DNA from: Nanobdellota archaeon
GTDB taxonomy: Archaea; Nanobdellota; Nanobdellia; Pacearchaeales; GW2011-AR1
Direction of reading: 5' to 3'
DNA length: 64,000 nucleotides
NCBI GenBank assembly: GCA_038045705.1
Contig: JBBSXO010000002.1
Location: 1 to 64,000 of the forward strand
The number at the start of each line of letters is the position of its first letter. Within the stretch, counting starts at the first letter, position 1. The position numbers were made by a program, and so were the translations under genes. Positions 29,763-39,321 of the stretch are shown piece by piece. Under the pieces are notes generated by a model. The model saw only the letters and a list, made by a program, of their open reading frames with translations. It ran no database searches and was not told the origin of the DNA.

Positions 29763-30878
29763 CTATCTAATTAATTCTTTCAAAATCTTCAAAAAATAAT
29801 CTGCATCTTTCTTTGTAATATCAACTGGAAGAGATATACGAATAGAACTTTTTATCTTCAAAGTAGATAAACCAATAGCTTTCAAGACACTATCTTCTTT
29901 TTCTTTCTTAGAATCACAAGCACTCCCTATAGAAACATAAACTCCTTTATTTGACAAGTCATAAAGTAATTTTTCAGCATTAATCCCAGAAAAAGTAACA
30001 AAGATATTATTTTGGATTCTACATTTTGATGAACCGACAAGTTTAGCTCCAAAATGTCCTAATTTCTCAATTAAATAATCTCTAATTTCAGAAACAGCTT
30101 TCCAATCATTTTTATATGAAATATCAAGAGACTTAGAAAAACCAACAATTCCAGGAACATTTTCAGTACCACTACGAAGACCATTTTCTTGTCCACCACC
30201 ATAAATTAAAGGTGTAATTTTAACTCCGTCACGAATATAAAGTAAACCTATTCCTTTAGGTCCTGAAATCTTATGAGCAGAAGCAGAAAGTAAATCTATA
30301 TTCCAATCATGCACAAATATCTTCATCTTTCCAAATGTCTGGGCTACATCTGTATGGAATAAAACATTCTTGTTTTTACAAATATCCCCAATTTTCTTCA
30401 AATTCTGAATAGTTCCAAATACATTATTTCCATGAATAACTGAAACAACTAATGTGTTAGAATCTATATTCCTTTCAATAAAATTCAAATCAACAAACCC
30501 ATCATTATCTACAGGAATTTCAACTATTTTGTATCCAAGATGTTCTAGTCTTAAGCAAACCGCTCTAACAGAAGGATGTTCAATAGAAGAGATTAATATT
30601 TTTTTCCTGTTCGGATAAGATTTCGCAAGTCCAAATAAAGCCCAGTTATTCGATTCTGTTGTTCCAGAAGTAAAGAATATTTCATTTGCTCTAGCACCAA
30701 GATGTCTAGCAATATTTATCCTAGACTCAAGAACAATCTTATTAGAAGAATCACCGAAAGCATGAGAAGAACTAGGATTTCCATAATCTTCAAGCATAAC
30801 TTTATTCATTGATTTAACTACTTCCTCATCAACACGAGTAGTTGCGTTATTGTCAAAGCATAGTTTTTTCATACACAA
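29763..30878 (-). CDS. iscS: Cysteine desulfurase (IscS/NifS)
   Basis: DNNATT, GNPSS, SAHKISGPKG, RSGTENV, GSAC. Confidence 0.93.
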   Translation of the reverse strand: MCMKKLCFDNNATTRVDEEVVKSMNKVMLEDYGNPSSSHAFGDSSNKIVLESRINIARHLGARANEIFFTSGTTESNNWALFGLAKSYPNRKKILISSIEHPSVRAVCLRLEHLGYKIVEIPVDNDGFVDLNFIERNIDSNTLVVSVIHGNNVFGTIQNLKKIGDICKNKNVLFHTDVAQTFGKMKIFVHDWNIDLLSASAHKISGPKGIGLLYIRDGVKITPLIYGGGQENGLRSGTENVPGIVGFSKSLDISYKNDWKAVSEIRDYLIEKLGHFGAKLVGSSKCRIQNNIFVTFSGINAEKLLYDLSNKGVYVSIGSACDSKKEKEDSVLKAIGLSTLKIKSSIRISLPVDITKKDADYFLKILKELIR

Positions 30879-30922
30879 TGAAGCAAGATAAGACTTTTAA
30901 CCTTAACCTTCTAAACAAAACA

Positions 30923-31681
30923 ATGAAACTAGTCTCATGGAATGTCAATGGAATTCGTTCAGTATTAGGAAAAGATTTTATCAAAAGCATAGAACAAGAA
31001 AATCCGGATATTTTATGCATTCAGGAAATAAAAGCACGCCCTGAACAAGTTGACAAGATTTTATCCCAATATCAAGAACATATATGGAATCCAGCTGAAA
31101 AGAAAGGTTATGCTGGAACAGCAATATTCAGCAAATTAAAGCCTATTTCAGTAACTTTAGGCAAGCAAATTTTAGAAGATACAGAAGGCCGAGTTATAAT
31201 AGCAGAATTCTCACATTTCTATTTAGTTAATGTTTACACCCCTAACTCACAAAGAGGTTTATTGAGACTGAAGCACAGGCTCGAGTGGGATAAGAAATTT
31301 ATCCAGCTATTAAAAGATTTAGAAAACCAAAAACCAATAATCTTCTGTGGAGATTTAAATGTAGCCCATGAAGAAATAGATATAGCAAGACCAAAAGAAA
31401 ATGTAAAAAATGCAGGTTTTACTCCAGAGGAAAGAGAAAGCTTCAGTAGTTACATCAAACACGGTTTTATAGATGCATTTAGACATTTTCATTTAGAAGA
31501 AAAGAACCATTATAGTTGGTGGAGTTACATGCATAATGCAAGGACAAAAAATATAGGATGGAGAATAGATTATTTCTGTATTTCAAACTCATTAAAGAAC
31601 AATTTAGTTTCAGCTCAAATTTTAAAAAACATTTATGGAAGTGATCATTGTCCAGTTTCAATTAAATTGAATTTTAGTTAA
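30923..31681 (+). CDS. xth: Exodeoxyribonuclease III / AP endonuclease
   Basis: SWNVNGIR, QEIK, GDLNVAH, GWRIDY, GSDHCP. Confidence 0.95.
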   Translation: MKLVSWNVNGIRSVLGKDFIKSIEQENPDILCIQEIKARPEQVDKILSQYQEHIWNPAEKKGYAGTAIFSKLKPISVTLGKQILEDTEGRVIIAEFSHFYLVNVYTPNSQRGLLRLKHRLEWDKKFIQLLKDLENQKPIIFCGDLNVAHEEIDIARPKENVKNAGFTPEERESFSSYIKHGFIDAFRHFHLEEKNHYSWWSYMHNARTKNIGWRIDYFCISNSLKNNLVSAQILKNIYGSDHCPVSIKLNFS

Positions 31682-32087
31682 CATCACAACCAGAGATTTT
31701 AATAAGATCATCCAAATTCTTCAAACCATAATAAGTCTGTTTTCCAATAGTCCATGCAGGAACTCCTCCTTCAGGACAAGATTCAGCATTTTCACAAACC
31801 ACAACATTCAAGATTTTAGAAGCATCTCTCCCAAACAGTTCAAGCTGTTTTTCACAGTCTGGACATGTACTTGAAGTGTAAAAAACAGCATTCTTAGTAC
31901 CTAAACAGCTGGCAAGTTTTGTTTTCTCATCATCTCCCAAAACATAACCAGTTGTTCTAGAAAACCAATCACTAAAATAATACAAGCCAAACAATACAAT
32001 AACTAAAACTCCGAAAGTAATCATAGTCTTTCTGTATTGTTCCATAATTACTAAATAGATAGAACCTATAAAAACATTTATAATCAA
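31674..32087 (-). CDS. Membrane-anchored thioredoxin-fold protein
   Basis: TM segment, CPDC..Q..LFG, VPAW. Confidence 0.65.
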   Translation of the reverse strand: MIINVFIGSIYLVIMEQYRKTMITFGVLVIVLFGLYYFSDWFSRTTGYVLGDDEKTKLASCLGTKNAVFYTSSTCPDCEKQLELFGRDASKILNVVVCENAESCPEGGVPAWTIGKQTYYGLKNLDDLIKISGCDVN

Positions 32088-32105
32088 GAGTTTTTACAAA
32101 AGAAC

Positions 32106-32654
32106 ATGTTAACTTGGATTTTATTGGTAATTGGAGTAATAGTAGTGATAATGTTCATATATTATTACAATCGCCTGGTCAGTTTAAGTAATCAAATTGA
32201 TAATTCCCTATCACAAATAGATGTTCAATTAAAGAAAAGAGCAGACCTAGTTCCTAACTTACTTGCTTCAGTTAAAGGATATATGAAACATGAAAAAGAA
32301 GCAATATCAGAGGTAACAAATGCTAGAAAAGCTCTTCTAGGAGCAAAGTCATTTGAAGGAAAAGTAAAAGCAGGAGCACAATTAGAATCTGCTTTAGGCT
32401 CAATATTTGTAATCGCAGAAAATTACCCTCAGTTAAGAGCAAGTGAAAACTTTATACAGCTACAGCAAGAATTGTCAGCAATAGAAGATAAAATAGCATA
32501 TGCCCGTCAATTTTACAATGATGGAATACTATCTTATAATAATACATGTACAACATTCCCTGGAAAAATATTCGCATCAATATACAATAGAAAAGAAAAA
32601 ACATTCTTGCAAATAACAAAGGAAGAAAAAGCTGTTCCAAAAGTTAGTTTCTAA
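32106..32654 (+). CDS. lemA: LemA family protein
   Basis: IDVQLKKRADLVPNL, AENYPQLRA, ARQFYN. Confidence 0.95.
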   Translation: MLTWILLVIGVIVVIMFIYYYNRLVSLSNQIDNSLSQIDVQLKKRADLVPNLLASVKGYMKHEKEAISEVTNARKALLGAKSFEGKVKAGAQLESALGSIFVIAENYPQLRASENFIQLQQELSAIEDKIAYARQFYNDGILSYNNTCTTFPGKIFASIYNRKEKTFLQITKEEKAVPKVSF

Positions 32655-32686
32655 AAATTTAAATAGCCTTTAAATTTATACACATC

Positions 32687-32956
32687 ATGGTTTCTTACCA
32701 AGGTAGACCTGAGTCAGCATATTCTGACAATCTAAAAATATTAGAAGCCAGACGAGTTCAAACAGGAGATCTGAAGCTAGTTCTACGGGATAATTCTCTT
32801 AGAAAATATGATCATACTGTACCAGCAAAAGAATCTAAAAGTCTCGGAAGTAAACCTGTCAGAGGACTTGAGGGTAGAAATGTTTTAGGAATTATTAATC
32901 TCAGAGGTCATAGCTTAACATTAAAAGCAGTTTTTTTAGATTATATGATACCTTAA
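32687..32956 (+). CDS. Hypothetical protein
   Basis: 89-aa ORF with upstream TTTAAA. Confidence 0.5.
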   Translation: MVSYQGRPESAYSDNLKILEARRVQTGDLKLVLRDNSLRKYDHTVPAKESKSLGSKPVRGLEGRNVLGIINLRGHSLTLKAVFLDYMIP

Positions 32957-33004
32957 AATCCAAGAATTCTAAAGATTTAAATATGTCTTAAACTTAACAG
33001 AAAC

Positions 33005-33643
33005 ATGATAAAAAGAGTTTTTGTTTCAAGTATAATAGCCTTACTTATTATGTCAACATTTGTTTTGGCAGCGGGATCATCTTCTGGAAATGCTCGAGTA
33101 AGTCCAACCACTGCAGATCGAGTAGCAGAATCAACAGTTTCAACATGTGAAGACAAAGAAACGGTAAGAGATAGAATCAAATGCAGGATCGAAAACCCTC
33201 AAGTTGCTAGAGCTGAAGCTTATGATGCAGTTGAAGAGGCATGTAGAGATAGCGATAAAAAAGATGCTTGTGAAAGATTATATAAATCTTCAGCTTACTG
33301 TTATGATCAAACAGATCCAGCTGAAAAGAAAAGATGTTTCTTGAAAGAATCAGGAGTAAACATTAATTCTAAAGGTACATTTAGAGCAGCTCCAGATGAA
33401 ACAAAAAGAAATTATGTAGTTTTATTATTCTATGAATTGCAGGAAAGAATCGAAAAAATGCAAGAAGAAGGCAAAATAACTGCGGATCAAGCAACAAGTC
33501 TTATTACAAAAATAGTAGAGATAAAGAAGATGATTATAGCTGGAGAAAAAAGAGAAGATATAGTTGTCAAAATAATAGACTTTAAAAAAGAATATAGATC
33601 CGTTGTTTCAAGCTTCATTCCAGGAGTTGCTAACGACTCATGA
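33005..33643 (+). CDS. Secreted Cys-containing hypothetical protein
   Basis: Signal-peptide-like N-terminus, several Cys, helical C-terminus. Confidence 0.65.
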   Translation: MIKRVFVSSIIALLIMSTFVLAAGSSSGNARVSPTTADRVAESTVSTCEDKETVRDRIKCRIENPQVARAEAYDAVEEACRDSDKKDACERLYKSSAYCYDQTDPAEKKRCFLKESGVNINSKGTFRAAPDETKRNYVVLLFYELQERIEKMQEEGKITADQATSLITKIVEIKKMIIAGEKREDIVVKIIDFKKEYRSVVSSFIPGVANDS

Positions 33644-33837
33644 AAATTCTTATTTGGATTATAGTTGCGTTAGTTATAGTTGGTGGATTAGCTTGGTTTA
33701 TGTCAGGAGATAAAGAAACAAGCACAAACACCCAACAAAACAGCCTAGAGAATACAGGAATAACAGAATCAAGTAGCATTGGATCAGATGATCAAGTATT
33801 TACAGAGATAGATAATGCATTATCAGAATTAGAATGA
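33640..33837 (+). CDS. Small membrane-anchored protein
   Basis: N-terminal TM and acidic tail; overlaps the upstream stop. Confidence 0.6.
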   Translation: MKILIWIIVALVIVGGLAWFMSGDKETSTNTQQNSLENTGITESSSIGSDDQVFTEIDNALSELE

Positions 33838-33840
33838 AAT

Positions 33841-34269
33841 TTATTTTTTATCTTTTTTCTTATCACCTTCAATATCCACTAAATTAGAAAGACTAATAAT
33901 AGAATAACCAATTAATAAAACATATAATCCACACATCAAATCATGGTCGTCTAAAGTTAAATGTTCATTATTCCAGGTATCATATCTTCTGACATCATTA
34001 GACTCCACTAAAATTTCAAGGTTTTTATTAAATTTATCTATCTTGCTATCTAAATGAACAAGTTTATGATCATTTTCTTGCAAAGATGCTCTTTGATTCC
34101 ACAAGCTATCTAAAGAATAAATAGTCTCTTTATACTTATTAACAACCTCAATTTGAGAGTATGGATTTGCACAACTGTTACTGGTTGCATTATAAATTCC
34201 AGCAATAGGCAAAATAGGCAATGGAATCAGAGCGAGAGAAATGATACGGTCAAGTCTTTTTGAAACCAT
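33841..34269 (-). CDS. Hypothetical membrane protein
   Basis: Two TM segments flanking a coiled region. Confidence 0.55.
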   Translation of the reverse strand: MVSKRLDRIISLALIPLPILPIAGIYNATSNSCANPYSQIEVVNKYKETIYSLDSLWNQRASLQENDHKLVHLDSKIDKFNKNLEILVESNDVRRYDTWNNEHLTLDDHDLMCGLYVLLIGYSIISLSNLVDIEGDKKKDKK

Positions 34270-34354
34270 GCAGAAAACGAATAACTATAATTTATAATGA
34301 TTGTTATGCCTCGATTTTCAAAGGCTTTATATAATTTAAAATACACATAATAAA

Positions 34355-35260
34355 ATGAAAGAAAGATTATCATTTCACACAGAAATTCAAAATAATAATA
34401 TTAAATCTATTGTATTGATGATTTTTATGATTCTAATCCTTATAGGAATTGGATATATTGTAACACTTTTCTTTGACCCATCTTATTTCTTCTTCATCAT
34501 GATTTTATCAATAATTATTTCTTTAAGTTACACAATTTTTAGTTATTACAATTCAGATAAAATAGCGTTAGCTTCAGTAAAAGCAAAACCAGCTTCATCA
34601 ATTTATCACAGACAACTACTAGCCTCAGTTGAAAATATGGCCTTAGCTTCAGGTTTACCGATGCCAAGAGTTTATGTGATGAATTCGCCACAAATTAATG
34701 CCTTCGCTTCTGGAAGAAACCCAAAAAATGCAGTAATTTGCGTAACAACAGGGACATTAGAGAAATTAAGTAAACAAGAATTAGAAGGAGTAATAGCTCA
34801 TGAAATGTCTCACATAGCAAACTATGATATAAAATTCATGACATTTACTGCAATAGTAATAGGGATGATTTCGATCATAGCAGAGATATTCTTGAGAAGT
34901 TTATGGTTCTCAGGAGGCAACAATAATAGAGACGGTAAATCTCATGCTTTTCTTATAGTTATGGGTATAGCCCTATCAATAATAGCACCGATACTTTCAA
35001 ATTTAGTTTCACTAGCAATATCTAGGAGAAGAGAATATACAGCAGATGCAACAGGAGTTAAATTAACAAGATATCCAGTAGGTCTTGCATCTGCATTAAG
35101 AAAAATTAAGAGTGAGCACGTTTCAGAAGAGGATAAGCATAGATTTCCTAAAGCAGTAGCACCACTATTTATTTCAGATCCATACAAGAAAAAATTTAGA
35201 AATCTTTTCTCAAGCCATCCACCTATAGACAATAGAATCGCGAAGTTAGAGAGAATGTAA
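34355..35260 (+). CDS. htpX: M48 zinc metalloprotease HtpX
   Basis: INAFASG, HEMSH, SRRREYTAD, SHPP. Confidence 0.93.
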   Translation: MKERLSFHTEIQNNNIKSIVLMIFMILILIGIGYIVTLFFDPSYFFFIMILSIIISLSYTIFSYYNSDKIALASVKAKPASSIYHRQLLASVENMALASGLPMPRVYVMNSPQINAFASGRNPKNAVICVTTGTLEKLSKQELEGVIAHEMSHIANYDIKFMTFTAIVIGMISIIAEIFLRSLWFSGGNNNRDGKSHAFLIVMGIALSIIAPILSNLVSLAISRRREYTADATGVKLTRYPVGLASALRKIKSEHVSEEDKHRFPKAVAPLFISDPYKKKFRNLFSSHPPIDNRIAKLERM

Positions 35261-35448
35261 CCTAAAGTTCTCTTTAATATATAACAAAAAATCATAGAAA
35301 AGATTATAAACTAAATAATATAAAAGATAAGATGAGTAGACATACAAACAGTATAAAAACAAAAAATACTAATTGGAAATCTACTAAAGTTAAGTTTTAC
35401 GGCATTAATTAGTTGCCATCTAAATTTCCTTTAAATTCTTATCACAAA

Positions 35449-35787
35449 ATGAGCGACAACATCAACAATTCAAATGAAATTCTTTTAAAGAATAATCTTA
35501 GTAGGCAAAGCTGTGTTCGAGTAGTCAGAAAATCAAATCTACCACTTATACTTAAAGCGGAAGCAGAAAAATTCATAGAAAGAAATATCCTTCAGGATTG
35601 CGGAATGGTTCCACCAAATTGTTTAAAAGCATTTATGTTAAAAACTGCTCAGAAAATGGGTTTGCAAAAAATAGTTCCTTATGTAAAAGACTTGTTTAGA
35701 TCCAAAATAGGTTATGATGGCTATTATTTAGATGGAGGAAAGCTGTTCAGAGTTGATTTGGTTGATAACTCCAGAGACTTTACTTAA
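35449..35787 (+). CDS. Hypothetical protein
   Basis: ORF with likely ATG at 35449; its 3' end overlaps the HAD gene. Confidence 0.55.
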   Translation: MSDNINNSNEILLKNNLSRQSCVRVVRKSNLPLILKAEAEKFIERNILQDCGMVPPNCLKAFMLKTAQKMGLQKIVPYVKDLFRSKIGYDGYYLDGGKLFRVDLVDNSRDFT

Positions 35788-36420
35788 ATCAGTAAGTAAA
35801 TAGTCAGGTCTTTTTTTAATTATATCTTTCCTTGAAGACCATGAACTTTGATTCGAAATAATTATACTATATACTCCAGCACATCTTGCCACATCAACGT
35901 CAATATCTTTATCACCTATATAGATTATTTCTGACCTGGATAGACCATACTTTTTGCGCAACTTATCAATCATCCAAGATTTATTATGTTTAAATCTATC
36001 CGCTCCATAAACGCCATCAAAGAAGTTTGCTTTCAGAAAATTCAGAGATTTTTCAATAAAGAAAGTAACATTATTAGAAAGAATTATTTTTCTTATTTTA
36101 ATATTTTTAACACTCATAAAGTTTTTACAAGGTTTTATTTTATGATATTCTTTAAAAAAGTCATCATGGATTCCAGCGCAAACACTTCTGACTAAATCTG
36201 TAGGAAGCCCAGTAAGCATCAAATAATGTTCTAAAGGAGTATTCCCAAAAAATCTAATCAAATCTTTAGTCAAAGATATTTCAAAAGAAAAAAGATGTTT
36301 TTTTATTATGCGCAAAAGTAACTCCCTTGTATCTGCAAGTGTACCATCAAAATCAAAGATGACTAACTTTATCCCAGGATCCTCTCTATTAGAAATTATC
36401 CTCCTAAAAAGATATGTCAT
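35728..36420 (-). CDS. HAD-superfamily hydrolase
   Basis: FDFDGTLADT, YIGDKDIDV. Confidence 0.9.
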   Translation of the reverse strand: MTYLFRRIISNREDPGIKLVIFDFDGTLADTRELLLRIIKKHLFSFEISLTKDLIRFFGNTPLEHYLMLTGLPTDLVRSVCAGIHDDFFKEYHKIKPCKNFMSVKNIKIRKIILSNNVTFFIEKSLNFLKANFFDGVYGADRFKHNKSWMIDKLRKKYGLSRSEIIYIGDKDIDVDVARCAGVYSIIISNQSSWSSRKDIIKKRPDYLLTDLSKVSGVINQINSEQLSSI

Positions 36421-38501
36421 TATTTATTCCTATCGGAAAACCTTTTAATAAAATCTTTACTAGAGGAATGATCTATTACTCTAAGTACTTCCCAAACACC
36501 TTGAAAAGGAGATCTTTCAGCTTTAACTGTACTTATTACTTTTCTCCTTATAGAATCTGAAATCAAAAGCTTTGTATTAGATGCATTGGCAAGTCTTTTC
36601 GCATAACTTATTAGATTGCCTGTACTCGTGAAATGAAATTTATTATTTTCAACTTCACTTATTATTTCCCCATCACTAACTCCAATTCCGAAGTTTATTC
36701 CATCATTATTAATGCTACTATGTTCAAGGAATAAAGCTTGTATACGCCTTGCAACACTAATTGCAGAGGATTCATTATCTTGACTTCCAGTCAATCTAGG
36801 AGATAACAAAACTATCTTATATTCACCGTCCACGTAGACTTTAGCTTTAACTTCTTGTGCAAGGGACAATGCTCTATTAAGAGTCTCAGAAACAGAAGGT
36901 GAATTAGCATGTATATATAATGCAATAGCTACAGCTCTCTCTCTAATTCCCTGTCCTTGAGTTCCAAACAAATTGGTAGGACTTACTTTAGCAACAGGTA
37001 AAAATGAATTAACACTTGAAGTTGCTGAAGATGGAACTTTAGGTTTATTAAACCAAGACATATCAAACTTACTCTTATTATCAGAAGAATCAAATATATT
37101 GCTTCTAGTATTGGGTGTAAACTCGGTCTTGGCAGGCTTCATCTCAACCTTATTTGAAGACATGCTAGAAATTGAGGATCTAGGGTTAACTTTCTGCATT
37201 CTAAGCCTAACCTGAACAAGTATTATCACCAAAATTAAAAGAATTACTCCTAGCCACCAAATTAAAGGATTAGTAAATGTATAAATAACATCTTCTCTGA
37301 AATCTGTTACTTTTACCGCATTTCCAGTTAGAAAAGCACTACCAAGTGTCTTAATTTCACCAGCTTTATCTGAAACAGCAATTGAATAATCTCCATCAGG
37401 TGCTCTCAATGTAAACTTCTGAGTTTCTCCTGGACCAAGCTTAACTTGTTTAACTTCTACAAACGAACCAATAGTTATCTCTAACGGTCCAGAATAAGGA
37501 GCATTTCCAACATTAGTAACTATTAGAGTATTATTTATCAAACTAGTCTGTAAAGTATTTATTTCAGAAAGATAAAATAATTTTCTATTCAATAAACCAT
37601 CAACATCTGTTTCAATACTCCAGTAACCAGGACTATCATTAAGAAAGAAACTTATTTTCTGATCTTCTCCAGATTTAACAATCTTCTTAATAAATGGAAT
37701 CCCTTTAGGTTTATTTACGGTTAGACTAACTTCCTTATCTATTAAATCTCCTGCCTGATCAAGCGTATCAATTCTAAAAATAAATTCAGACTCGGGTTTT
37801 GCAATTTCATCATTCAAATGAATGTTAACTTCTTTCAATATTTGACCAACACTAAAAGTATTATAATAAGAACCAGAATTTATTTTTCTAGAATTATAAT
37901 CTGTATTATGCACTTCAACGGTAAAATTATGATCTCCAGATTTTGAATTAGATGGTAAAACGATAGTAATATTAAAAAATCCATCAATAACAAGCGCAGA
38001 TTTATACAGATTTAAAGCAGGAATAAAAAGTTCGGCGAATCCATCAACAGGTACACTACTTCTCTTAATTGCGCTTCCAGAAACATATAATGTCTGTCCA
38101 GGATTAAGACTCTCAACTTCGAGTTCCGCGTCAACATCTATCAATTTAGAAATCATAAACGAATTGCTGTTCACAACCTCATTTGCAAAACTAGCCCTCA
38201 AAAAGCAAGAACTTGTCATATTTTCTAGAAGAGGGCTTAAAAGCTCTGTAGTGACAGTCACAGGTATTTCAACATTAGCTTGAGCTTCAAAAAAGCTATT
38301 AAAAACATTAGCAGTAAAATTTGTCCCGCACTTTAAGTCTACAACATAATGGGAACTAGTGGTTACAGATGGAACTATTGTTGTATCAACACTAACTTGA
38401 TCCCCATAATTATAAATCTGTCTCAAAGGTTCAACAAAAATACTCGACGATACCAAAGGCAACACCAAAACTAGTAGAACTAACATCAACCTCACTTTCA
38501 T
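36420..38501 (-). CDS. Single-pass membrane protein with beta-rich ectodomain and C-terminal class III nucleotide-cyclase-like domain
   Basis: Signal peptide, TM near aa 415-432, FGIGVSDGE...TGNLISYAKRLA..LLISDS. Confidence 0.6.
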   Translation of the reverse strand: MKVRLMLVLLVLVLPLVSSSIFVEPLRQIYNYGDQVSVDTTIVPSVTTSSHYVVDLKCGTNFTANVFNSFFEAQANVEIPVTVTTELLSPLLENMTSSCFLRASFANEVVNSNSFMISKLIDVDAELEVESLNPGQTLYVSGSAIKRSSVPVDGFAELFIPALNLYKSALVIDGFFNITIVLPSNSKSGDHNFTVEVHNTDYNSRKINSGSYYNTFSVGQILKEVNIHLNDEIAKPESEFIFRIDTLDQAGDLIDKEVSLTVNKPKGIPFIKKIVKSGEDQKISFFLNDSPGYWSIETDVDGLLNRKLFYLSEINTLQTSLINNTLIVTNVGNAPYSGPLEITIGSFVEVKQVKLGPGETQKFTLRAPDGDYSIAVSDKAGEIKTLGSAFLTGNAVKVTDFREDVIYTFTNPLIWWLGVILLILVIILVQVRLRMQKVNPRSSISSMSSNKVEMKPAKTEFTPNTRSNIFDSSDNKSKFDMSWFNKPKVPSSATSSVNSFLPVAKVSPTNLFGTQGQGIRERAVAIALYIHANSPSVSETLNRALSLAQEVKAKVYVDGEYKIVLLSPRLTGSQDNESSAISVARRIQALFLEHSSINNDGINFGIGVSDGEIISEVENNKFHFTSTGNLISYAKRLANASNTKLLISDSIRRKVISTVKAERSPFQGVWEVLRVIDHSSSKDFIKRFSDRNK

Positions 38502-38557
38502 GTAAATAGCAGTTATGTAAGATATATAAATATTATCAAAAAGCTTTTGACATCAAA

Positions 38558-39214
38558 TTATCTATTTGATGATCTCTGAGTTGCTAAACTACAAGCGCAT
38601 TTTAGTAAGAGATCACGGTTTGATTCAATACGTTTTTTAAGCCCGCCCATTCCATTAATTTCAGCATTTAAATATTCCTCACGATTAGCATATTCAATTG
38701 CAGCTTCTCTGATTCTTCCTTTATTAAGTAATTCGCGAGTCTTAGGACTATCTGCAAGATCTCCTCTATAAGCCATATCAACAAGAGCTTTTTTTCCATT
38801 CAAAGGGAAATTTTTAAAATCAGGAACAAGTCTTTGAGCAACCTCTAAATGTCTCTTTAAGTCAGCTAAAAACAAAATATTAACTTGTTTATCAGTTAAG
38901 AAAATTTTTCCGTTTTTTACTGAATCATAATCTACTCCTTCTAAAGCATCTTCAAATGTTTTTTTGGATCTAGGTGCCCCAAGATAATGTCCTATCCCTA
39001 TAGTTGGTTCATAAACTGTAGCAGAAGGATTAGCATCATATACCTTATTTCTTCTGCCCTCGAAACTCCCAGTATATTCTGCAAAGATTTGCATTTCATC
39101 AATCAACCTAAGTTCTACATTTGCCAGATCTTTTCTAAATAAATATTTTAATCCAATAAATCCAACAGTAAAACCAGTCAATGCTAACAAAGATTTTTTT
39201 AATGTTTTGTGCAT
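38558..39214 (-). CDS. GH24/T4-type lysozyme-like protein with N-terminal membrane anchor
   Basis: FEG..VYD..TIGIGH (as in T4 lysozyme) and ALVDMAY. Confidence 0.8.
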   Translation of the reverse strand: MHKTLKKSLLALTGFTVGFIGLKYLFRKDLANVELRLIDEMQIFAEYTGSFEGRRNKVYDANPSATVYEPTIGIGHYLGAPRSKKTFEDALEGVDYDSVKNGKIFLTDKQVNILFLADLKRHLEVAQRLVPDFKNFPLNGKKALVDMAYRGDLADSPKTRELLNKGRIREAAIEYANREEYLNAEINGMGGLKKRIESNRDLLLKCACSLATQRSSNR

Positions 39215-39321
39215 AAAAATAAAACTTTAATCTCTTTTTAAAGTTTACTATTTAATGTCATAAATTAGTAGTAACGATAATAAAGAGCATATTTTAAATA
39301 TTATCTAATTGTATATCAAAT

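Noticed and set aside
35332-35787. 26-aa ORF in frame with the next ORF across a TAG (possible readthrough or recoding)
   Set aside because: The downstream ORF has its own TATA-like element and ATG at 35449, and TAG is a normal stop elsewhere in the window
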